From a virus (Duplodnaviria; Caudoviricetes), in IMG/VR virus record IMGVR_UViG_3300010148_000030, positions 1 through 41,254 of that record: a stretch of 41,254 bases of DNA; one strand, given 5' to 3'. Of the stretch, positions 27,380 to 38,000 are shown piece by piece (position 1 is the first letter of the stretch; every line of letters starts with the position of its first letter). The notes beneath the pieces are model-generated. The model did not search any database. It worked only from the letters and a program-made list of their open reading frames with translations, and was not told the origin of the DNA. Position numbers and translations under genes: made by a program.

Positions 27380-27543
27380 AGTTCACCGCACGCAGGACAT
27401 TCCCATAAAAATATCCTTTCCCGACTCCCTGCATAGAAGCCATTGATGCGTAAAGCGAGAACTGCGTCGCCGCAACCGGAACAGTCCTGCGTGACTTTTG
27501 CACGATATTTATTCCTCGATCCGAGCAAGTCCAAATCACCCAT
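27319..27543 (-). CDS. Zn-ribbon protein
   Basis: ATG 1 nt after the upstream stop; CSGC...WECPACG. Confidence 0.7.
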   Translation of the reverse strand: MGDLDLLGSRNKYRAKVTQDCSGCGDAVLALRINGFYAGSRERIFLWECPACGELWRHAKPKLKPVPQMLDSAS

Positions 27544-27544
27544 C

Positions 27545-28675
27545 TCAATACCCCGCATGAGTGTATGTGATTTCAGCCGAACCCGCCGCCGCACCTGCCG
27601 CCGTGACGCTCACAACCTTGCCGCTGACAGTGTAGTGAACATTTTGCACCCAAGCCTTCGTGCTTGACCCGTTGGCGTTTGTCCACAAAATACTGATTAA
27701 ATGAGTGTTGGCCGCACCTGTGGCACTGGTGAGAGGTGTGCAAGCGAGAGCCGCCAAAGCCCCAGCCCCACCACCGACCGATAGGATTTGCTTTTCAATT
27801 CTGTGAACAGGAGTGATTTGATACGAACCACCAGCACCAGCACCAACCGCTATGTCCGATTGGTAAAAGAGGTGGGTTTGCCCTGCGCCGTGAGGGGCGG
27901 CAAGTGCCACTTGATGCCCAATTGGATCTCTTGCATAGAAAACACCGAGTCCTGTTTCGGGCAAAGTCCCTGCGGTTAATGTTGGAGTAGTGCCGTAGTC
28001 GTTGATTGGGTCAGTGGGGGTTCCGTCGGATTTTCTCAAAGTCGTCAAAGGCATAGGGCCACCACGAATGAACATGCGTTTGTCTTCAATTGCCGCTACA
28101 TTCAATGGGCTGGCGTAGGTGATTCTCATAGCCGCTAAGACGACTGATTGCTTCACTAAATGCGAATGAGGCATTTGAGGATAAAGGCCAGTGCTGACAT
28201 CCACGATAGGGCCGCAAACAAGACCAATGTTGTTTGTCCCATTCAATTCGGGGTCAACAATGACAAGAACCCAGCATTCTTGATTTGAGCCACTTGGCAA
28301 CACCATACCACCCGCATTGAAACGGTTGTTGTAGTAAGCATTGGTGTCAAAATTAAATGCAGTGCCACTGCCTACGCTGTAAAAAACACCATCAAGGCAT
28401 ACGACCCCAGCATCAACGAAAATAGAGTTGGTCGCACCCCCTGTATTGGGGCGAACGACGCAGTTCCCGACAATTGGGTTATTGCGATCTGAACCGCCAC
28501 TGTCAGCACCATAATTTGTAAGGTTTATTGGGACAACACCGTTGCCTATCCCTCGCTCCACGAAATTGGTTAGCGTGGCCGATGAAAGCACATCGCTATC
28601 TCTTAATCCGTCGGCTTGCCAAGACGCTCCTGTCCCTGTTTTTTCGTGTCCTTCTGTTATCCCTGTTGTTCCCAC
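27545..28675 (-). CDS. Probable virion tail/structural protein
   Basis: G/A/T-rich, beta-type composition; in the tail operon; GTG start overlaps the upstream TAG. Confidence 0.65.
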   Translation of the reverse strand: MGTTGITEGHEKTGTGASWQADGLRDSDVLSSATLTNFVERGIGNGVVPINLTNYGADSGGSDRNNPIVGNCVVRPNTGGATNSIFVDAGVVCLDGVFYSVGSGTAFNFDTNAYYNNRFNAGGMVLPSGSNQECWVLVIVDPELNGTNNIGLVCGPIVDVSTGLYPQMPHSHLVKQSVVLAAMRITYASPLNVAAIEDKRMFIRGGPMPLTTLRKSDGTPTDPINDYGTTPTLTAGTLPETGLGVFYARDPIGHQVALAAPHGAGQTHLFYQSDIAVGAGAGGSYQITPVHRIEKQILSVGGGAGALAALACTPLTSATGAANTHLISILWTNANGSSTKAWVQNVHYTVSGKVVSVTAAGAAAGSAEITYTHAGY

Positions 28676-29016
28676 TATCGCACCTCCATGACGACATCAA
28701 TACGAATCTCATTTGTTGTATTCTTGTTGATAGGAACAAAAGAAGCCCTAAAGGCTGGGTTGTCAAGAGGGGTTGCCCCATGCAACACCACTTCTTTAAC
28801 ATCATTTGAAGAAATCATCTCCGTTGTAAAAATTGCATTTGCTGAAATAGTTCGGTCGTCCACTCTTTGCACGACAGGCGTTGTTGACAAAGCGACATTT
28901 CCTGTCCCATTATCTCGTCGGGAGGCTTGACCGCCCGAAGTCCCAAGACTTATTTGACTGACAAGTGTTTGTAGGTGATCTGCTAATTTTGCTTTTATTC
29001 CATCAAGTATTGGCAT
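28675..29016 (-). CDS. Small tail/baseplate structural protein
   Basis: ISLGT...KEVVL...F.PINK pattern seen in tail-fibre-attachment-type proteins; operon context. Confidence 0.55.
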   Translation of the reverse strand: MPILDGIKAKLADHLQTLVSQISLGTSGGQASRRDNGTGNVALSTTPVVQRVDDRTISANAIFTTEMISSNDVKEVVLHGATPLDNPAFRASFVPINKNTTNEIRIDVVMEVR

Positions 29017-32000
29017 TATCTCACCTCGTAAAAGACCGACTTTGAATGACCCACTGGGTCGGCCCTATTTGTTTTTACTCTCAATTCAATGTTGTCAGCG
29101 ATGGCTACGGCATTATTGGCTGTTAGCGTGATTTGCGTTGCTGAAACAGACTGGACTAAGCCAACATAAGCGTCAGCGAGAGTATAGACTCTATCCCCTG
29201 CCGCAAAGCGTGTGGTTGCGTCAACACCGTCAACAACCACAGCGGTCGTTGATGTAGCGTTTATTGCTCCGTTCTTGATAACACCAGTAGCACCACCTTT
29301 GAGTCCGATTGCGCCCAACTGCGTGTTCACAGAACCGCTTCGCCAGCGACCGCCGATAATAAGGCGGGTGTTGTTGACAAGACGAGTTCTCACACGGCTG
29401 GCGGCAACCAAACGAATTGACCCACTCAATGATATTTCAGTGCGCTCCTTCAAACGGGCTGGATCTTCTTGCGAGGTTGCGGCAGTGGAGGACAACAAAT
29501 CAGCAAGAATACCTTCTATGCCCTTTTCATACTGGCCTATTACCAAATCTGTGAAACCCGTGGTGCTGTTAGTCGTTGATTCAAATACAGCAAACTGGCC
29601 CCTCACACCTTCATTAGCAAAATCAACATTGACGATTTCACCGGGTTGGATATGGCTTGCCTTTACAAGACCGCCAATACGCAACATAGAGGCACCCGAT
29701 TCTGTGCGATTCATAAACTGCTTTGCCATACGCAAAGCAAGGCTTGGTTCTTTCAAACCCGGAACAATTTGAGTGGCTGTGCGTAATAATCCTTCTTCGT
29801 TGCCTTCGCCGCCCATTAGTTTGGCCTTTTCTAAATCCTTGACTTCGGCACGAACTCGCTCGTTTTCGGCGATTTTATCACCTTCAACAATAACATGGTT
29901 TGCCATTTCAAGCATTGAAGAAACCTCAATTGTTTGAGGCCCGCTGGATGAACCCACTGTTTTATCCCGACCGACAAATACAGTTCCAGTGTAAAGAATG
30001 CGTCCTGTTTCATCCAGCAACAATTGTCGCCCATCCATTTGCGACAAAGAACGGATGGTGTCAAGCACACCTATTCCTCTTGCGTCCCTGCTGACGAACA
30101 CACTGCTGTGATCAACACTGGATAGCAAAGACGGGTGAGCATTAAGAGCCGCTGAAAGACCCATTCCGTTCTTGAAGCGAAGTAAATATCCCAAAGTAGG
30201 CGCAGTTTCGCCGTAGTCATACAAAGCGGTGTCTTTCCTCGTTGGTTCAATGGTGCTTTCATAGGAGATGAGATCTGCACCCGGAAGCGATTTTCCATTA
30301 TCGTTTAGAAGCATCAAAGCGGCATCTGTGGTTCGGACTCCGACAGCCATGCTGTGTCCTAAACGAACCAGCCCCAGCGACATGCCACCACCGGACAAGG
30401 AGTCGCCATTGATATTGCGGAACTTGAGTAGGTTCTTTTGCCAAAGTCCTTCGCCGGAAACGACATCGGCTCCTGCGATACGCCACTTCTTCTTCACCGC
30501 ATCAATCAAATATGGAGGGCAATAATCAGCGGCAAGTGCCTTTCCATCAACATAAACTGTGCTTAAACCGCCAGTTCCCGGTCTTTTAGCATACGAAATT
30601 ACTCCTTCCTTTGCCCCGTCGTTTAGCACGAAACGCTGGGGAGTCAGCATGTTGAAATCCGATGGCTCATAATGCCCAATTCCCCGATAAGCGATGTTAG
30701 GGCTGAATGTTTGGGTATCTCCGCTGTCAGTAGCGTCCCATTTGTCCGGCAGTGAAAGCCCCATTGACACAGCGTTGTCCACGAACGATGGGGCGACTAC
30801 GAGCGAGTGCTTTGACGGGTGAATGTTGGCGACTGTGGCCGCTGTTGAATCACCGTTTTTGCCGAAATAAACTTCATAGCCAGCAAGGTCGTTTATGCTC
30901 CCACATTGACCTGTGCTGGCTGAAATAGTCAACCGTTGCTCATCCCTTGCGTTGTATGTCAATTGTCCTGTGAGGCCGATAATAACAAGCGTTCCAGTAG
31001 CAGGGAACACCGTTGCATCCTTGACATAAATGTAAGTCCCCCCATCAATTGATATTTTTTGTTTAGGGCCGAGCGTTGTCATAGCCAAATCCGCTTGTTC
31101 TTTGACAACCTTCTCGTCAGCACCCCTTCGGTTATACGGATCCATCAATGCTAAATTGGATTGAGTGGTAAATTGGGTTTCTGTTTGCGACACCACATGC
31201 TTTCCGCCCGGATGCGTTGTCTGTGAGTATCGGGGGTCAATTGAAGGCACCAAAGAGCCTTCTCCGTCCCTTCTTGCGGCATCGGACTTGAAATGTTGAA
31301 GCATGTTTGCGCTCGGTATCAAGTGCCAAGTGACATCCCTGTCGTTAGCGTCGGGCCAAGCCATCGTAGGTGCAGTATCAACACGGGATGCAATAGGCTC
31401 AAGAGTTCCGGGCATTTTGCTTTGGTTCAACTCAAACATACCGTATCGTTTGTCACGGGTGAAGGGTTGGTGTGCCTTATTGCTGGCTGTAAGGGTGTTA
31501 TACGCCCCTAAGAGCCATCCGTCTTGAGTGAAATGATCATCGTTATTCCAGTCTTTTCGTGTTGTAAATCCGAACACCTTGAGAGGACGCACCATACGCA
31601 TGATGTAGTCGGCTGTTTTCCGAACAGGCTGATCCACTGTATTGATAGGCACAGGGTTTTGCGAATGTAGGGAGTCGGCGGCATCATAAGGCATTACACT
31701 TCGGCGGTTGTTGTCGTTTTCCGGTCGTTCAAGCCATGTTTTACGGAGAATATACACACCGCCCCATGCTGGTAAATCACCACACCCACGGACAGCCCAG
31801 TGGTCTTGAACGCCTTTGCTGTCAAACATACGCACGCTGTCGGAATTAGCGGGAGCGTCAAAGAGCGTTTCCCTGTTCAAACTCCACTGCGGCATTTGGT
31901 CTATTTGATTTGGTGCAATATCCGTTCCGTATGTGGCATCCGGCCCAGCGGCGGCTGTTTGACCCCCTTGAGCAAACTTTGTCCACTTTGTTTGTTGAAC

Positions 32001-35000
32001 CCAAGATGGGGTCAATGGGAACTGTTGACCGACAGCCAAGTCACTGTGTAAAGACACGGCTTTGGTGCTGGTGACAATGTATTCCTCGTTCTTTCCAGTA
32101 GTTCGCTCACTTTCGGTTTCAACAACCATACCCAAACGAGGTGATAAGTCGGATTGCACCTGCCTATGGTCGGCTATTTCCGACAGCGGGATAGGCATAG
32201 TTCCTCTTTCGGCCTCATTTTTGTTTTTCATGTTCAAAGAACGCCCCCAGCCATGTGCTGGATAATGGGTCAAATCACCACTGCTGACTTTATGATCGAC
32301 AGGGTGAGCGTTGAGGTGCAGGTTGTTTCCTTTTTGGTGAATAAAGGTGCTTCCGCCTCCAAACGCACTTGATTGACTGACAGCCTCAACCGAACCAGCG
32401 GCCAAAGTAGCGTCCCCGCTATGATGATTTAAGCCAATGATAGGATCAGAACCAGTATTCAATGTTTTAGCGTGAAGGAACTTAGCCGAAGTCCCAGTTA
32501 TTGCGGTGAAATCAGTTCGGTGAGAGTGAACAAGCCCTGCTGGCAAAGCGTTGGGCTTGACAAGCCCGACATCCTCTATGTCTAAAACACGACCCATGCC
32601 CGCTGGGTTCTCACCTTTCTCCCATGCTTTGTTTGAGAGGCGAGTGAACCCTTCAAGGTCATACCCTTCGTTCGTATGTTCACTCACAACAATACCAATC
32701 GGCACTGTTCGCTCAACACCTGTATAAGCCGACAGGGTTTGCCAGTCGTTGCCCACAGGCAGTGTATTCATGGTGTCATGCTTTCCTCCGTCAAAACGAC
32801 CGGAGGCTTGGATTTTTTGTTGAGTAGTGAGTGTTTCGGCAGGGTCGCCAGCAAGCATATTCAGTGCATCACTACCTGTTCGGAATCCCCATGCTCGCAC
32901 AGGCAAACGACGGCTCCAATCCACTGCAACCATAGCGTTTTCAACAGTAGTGACTTCATTCCAAACCTGCGAATTGGTTCCTCCCCGATCCAGTATTGTT
33001 CTTGAAACGACTTTGTAAGGGTTGAGTCCGTCGCCAATACCTTCACCACGACTTTTTCTTCTTCCATACGCATGATACACATAATTCGGTCGTAGTTCAA
33101 GGGTTCCGTGCGGTTCTCGGATAGTGGAGTGGCCCATGAGAACAGCACTGGCGGCTCTTGTCCCCCAAGCAGTTCCATGACCCCCTGCATTCAACCCATT
33201 ATAGCCATAATTTTGTAGCCATTGGAAAGCATAAAGTCGTTCAAATGGCATGGCGACTTTCGGCGTTCCTGTTGTTTGAGAGCCAATAGAATGGGCATTT
33301 CTCAACATTAAACCACGAACTGCTGGGTTGTTGACGGCTTTTGGCATACCAGCCGTTCGGTATCGGAATGTCATATACTGCTCACGGCTTGTGCCGAACA
33401 ATGCAGGGTGGCTGTATTCGGCCAGCCATGTGCAAAGGAATGCGTCGGGAGTAGCACCGGAGTTCGTGTTGCTGGCTGATACCAAAGCAAGGTCGTTATG
33501 TTCCGAAACTTGCGTAAAGTGGGATTGGTTGTTGGCTGGGCTTTCAACGATAGCAACAGGAGTAGCCGAAGCATTCACCATTTCGGGGTCGTGAGCAATT
33601 AGAGGGGGCGTCGTAGCCAATTCAGTCCCAACACGGGGCTGGTGCCACCCTGCTGGATGCCCATTGTAGGTGTAGCCGTATGGATCGACTTGACTTCTCT
33701 CATGTGGGAGTGAGCGCAGTGCTGGTCTTGGGCGACCACCCATGAGCAAGTATTGATTGACAAAGAACCCATTGAGGGTGAACTCTTCACCAGCCGTAAA
33801 GCGGTTATTGACAACCCTTGAACTTGCTAATTCCAAAGCCACCGTTGCAGTATGTCCTGCATTCCCATATCCACCGAAATTGCCTAATTCCTTTCCGTGA
33901 TTTGAGGCTACAAAGTGGGCTTGTTCCATCCCACCCTCGCTCATTGTATGTTCTTGACCGGGTGCGAAAAGAACATCATAGCCGTCGTTTGGTGCGGCGT
34001 TGAAGTATCGGTGGTGATTTGGCAACCCGTTGTTCTCAATTTCGGCGTGGGGTAGGCCATCTGCGTTGAACGACCCAGTGTTTTCAGCACCCGATTTAAC
34101 CTCCATCGTGTCTAAATAGAATGTGTTTGCGTCGCTGTCATTATGTCCCGATTGGAAACCAAAGTGCTTGTTTTCCGTTTCCGCTTCAAACATCAACGAA
34201 TACGCCGAGCCGTGTGATCTGTGTAATTGACGGCGAAGGGACATCGGCGTTCCTCGCATGGTGATAGGTGAAACAAAGTGGTGCCCTTGACGACCGAAAC
34301 GAATGCGGTGGTGAGCGTGTATATTGCTGGCTTGAACTGCCCCGTTTTGGGTTTCGGGCAATACCGAACCACGCTCGGTGTGATCGGAAAGGCGATGTGC
34401 CGCAAACATTCGTGTTGAACCACTGGGCACTGCACCGGGCGTGTTGTTCAACGAGAGGCCGAATTGAGAAGTGAGAGTGTCGTGCAAAATACGCACTGGG
34501 TGAAAGTGGAGAACCCTGTCGTTTGTGTCAAACTGTGTGGCTTCTCCGACGGTAGTGTGTTGCTGATTTGGATTCACCACAGAAGTGAATGGACTTTGGT
34601 TCGCCTCAATAACACCCGGTTCATCGGGACGAGGGACACTCAAGCCACCCATACCCCATGAAAGGTGCCGCCACGCTTGCACACGGTCGTGCCCACTACG
34701 GACAATGATGTTGCCGGGTATTTCATCTTGTGATGGCAATTGGATTTCTAAGTTGGGTTCAAGACCACTGCCGGGTGTTGAAGGCAACGAAGAGGCAGTG
34801 TTTGTTTTAGGATCGATGCGGTTTTGCTTGTAATTGTAGTCTTTTATCACAGTCCCAAACGGAGAACCACCTTCAAGAGTCAATTCAGCACCAGTGTCGT
34901 CCACCAATTCTATGTTCTCCCAAACCATCGCTTCATTCGGTATTTGTAGTCCTTTCACCCGTTCGGTGTTGACAGCCCGCACTGTTCGGAATGGCCTATG

Positions 35001-38000
35001 CACATACCCCTGTGAACCTGTGTGAGCAACAGTGGAGGCTGTAATGGTGCTGACTTCACTCTTCAATCCGTTTTTGACGACAGCCTTATTCAATACAACA
35101 TCGGAATTGGTGAGGCTTGTGATTTCTTCGTGCTGATCTCCGTATGCGTTATTCCATTTAGGGAAACGACTGTTGATTTTATGTCCGTTTTCAAGAGCAA
35201 CTTGCCACTTATTGATGTCTTTGCCTTTGAACAACATTTGGCCGTGATAAAGGCTGTTTCCGCTGATTGCGGAGGTGAGTGTCAATGTCGGTGCCGCACG
35301 ATGAAGAAGCGTCCCTTCGGGAATATCCGCAACACATGTAGCCAATAAGATCCGTGAGTAGGTGTAGGTTGTCCCTCCAACGGCGACAACCCGTTCATCC
35401 AACACCCCCGCAATAGTGCCGTATTCCTTTCCATCCGAGCCAATCAATGTAGCAGGGTTGCCATTATTTTGGTCGGCATAATTCATCATCAACGCTCCGC
35501 CGTAGGCTTCATTGTCAATACTCTTCACACCAGCGGTTGATTTGACAATGAGGTGGCGAGAGCCAGTATTGTTGCCATCATCATGGTGTGAACGGAGGTA
35601 TGCCCAGTCCTGTGCTTGGGTGTTAAGGGCACCTTGATTATTGACACCTGCTTCATAGTTCACCGCTGGACTGAATAAGCGTTCATCTCGGTCTATGTTC
35701 CGTAATATGGTGCCCGAAAGCGATGGGTCGTTAGGATCTGACATTGTTATGCTTTGGGCACTGACGGATTCAGCCCTCAACCTTAAATCATCAATTAACC
35801 TAAATTGTCCGGTTGTAGTGGTGTTTGCTACATCGTTATAGAACTCATGTTGGGACAAATTGTCAAAATGCAATTTTTCCTCTAACTCCATCGCCCATTC
35901 ACTGTTTCCTCGGACATGAACAAGACTGTTCACATTGAGAGCAACTTGGTTATTGGCTTCAAGTGTAATTTCCCTGTTCCCCACAGAACTGACTGTTCCG
36001 ATAAGGGTTCCAGCATTGTTTTCTAATTTGGCACCGGGCAACACTCGTCGGGTGAATACCGTGGTGTTATTGGTTGAAAAGTTCAATGTTGTTGTTGAAT
36101 TGTTGGCGACAGTTCCGCTTATGAAACCAAACACGCTCGTCTTATGCTGTGTTTCTTGCATACTTTTGATAGTCCCAATGTAAGCGTGAACAAAAACTGG
36201 TTCATTTGCGTTCAAAAAGGTTGCGGAGGGCGATTTTAATTCAATATGACCCGGTTCAACTGCTTTTACAGTTCCAATTAAGGTCATATTAACGCCATTT
36301 TTCTTGTAAATCCTATCGTGTGGCTTAATTCGCACACCGTCATAACCCACTGTTGTTGGATCTTCCCCAGTGCCGACAGCGAGTATTTCAGTGCCCGGAT
36401 TCCCAAGATTGTTTATATCCAATATCGCTAAACTTACTCCTGTGTTGTAGTAAATGTCCTCAGCATACAATTTTTCACCGACATGATAAATCAAGTTCGG
36501 GTCGTTGATGTCAACAGTGAAGGATTTTATGTCCCTGTTTGCGTCCGAAAACAAATCGTTCCCGTCGGCAATATGGACACGGGAACCTATGATTCCGCTT
36601 TGTCCCGGTGCTTGACGCTTAACTGTGCGGCAAATAGGGACTGTGCCAATCAAATGATCATTTGCGTCGGTGATTTCATCGCCGGGTTCAAAGTAGGAGT
36701 TCGGTGCGTTGGCTCCTGTTTTTAAGGTGCTTAAAGAGCCAAGTGTGTGTTTCCAAGCCGTGAAGTGAAATGCGTTATAGCAACGGTTTCCTCCAATCGG
36801 AGGATCGCCATTCAATGTGTTTCCAAAACCATGATCAACACGCACACCGCTGTCAACATTTTTTGGCCCAATAACAGTCAGCCCTGTGTTGGTGGTTTCG
36901 GCGATGCCTCCTTCGGCAATTGTTCCTAAAGAAGTTCCGTCGGCGGCGTAAATGACATCACCGTCGTTGAAATGGGCTGAAACCTTAGTCGCTGGTGTAA
37001 GGGTTTTAATCGTGGTTCCGCCGGTGAGTGTAGCATTTGTAGAAACCATGCAATTGGTTTGAAACGGCCCCCCGTCGTCCATTTGAGTCCCGAACTCACT
37101 TTTTGTAATGAAAAGTTCATCCTCTTGGTGTGCGTCTAAAGCATCGTTTAACCCAGTCCACTGAAACGGATCGGCTTCGGTTGAACCTGCGACCACTGGG
37201 CCATCAAAGGGTTTGTCGGGCGGTGGCATGTCGGGCAGTGAGCATGAATTGAGTCCTTCTATGGAGAATCGGCTATATCCGTGCCCTGTCGTATGTGTTG
37301 AAGGACTGGCACCCCGTGAATCGGCATTTGCCGCTGGCAAACCCATGTTTCCTCCATCCATTGGTTTGGCTGTCAAATACCAAACAGGGAGTGAGGCACC
37401 AAGCCCTTGAACAACAGGGCCACCGTTGGCTGTGCCCCAATACCCACCGCCAGTCGGAGTGTCTATTTCCCAAGAAACGACGACTGTGTGTTGTTCTTCT
37501 GTGTCGTTGTTCACAAACCATGTAGGTTGGCTTGTGGCAAGAGAGTCAAGAATGTCTTTCACTGGACTCGTTGACTCCACTTTAGTGATATTGAATTGAA
37601 CTTCTCGATCATTAACAATTTCCCAGCCGTCGTAAGTAAGAGTGTAATTGCTGACATCAGCACCAGCAGTGTCATTTATGGTGCTGTTTGGGTTGCCGAC
37701 AATAGTGCCTCGTTTGGGCATGTCAGTAGGCATGATGTTGTGGGTGGAAGTGGCCCCCTGTCTTGTTGTAGAACCAAAATCCATCAAGCGTAGCCAGCCA
37801 CCTCTCAATTTATCGGAGGCCGTCAAGGCCACTTTGATTGGTTCATAGAACCGAATGCGAGTGCCACTGATTTCAAGGATTTGCCCAATATATCGGTTGT
37901 CGGTGGTGTATAGGTGTTCGTTAGGCAAAAGATAGCCACCGACTCCAACATTCGTGTATATTTCATTCACAGTCGTGGCAAAACTGGCGTTTGGCTTCAA

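Noticed and set aside
1630-28677. Genome-wide TAG reassignment
   Set aside because: TAG is a plausible true stop at 26947-26949 and 28675-28677 (overlapping the next GTG), and long genes have no internal TAG.
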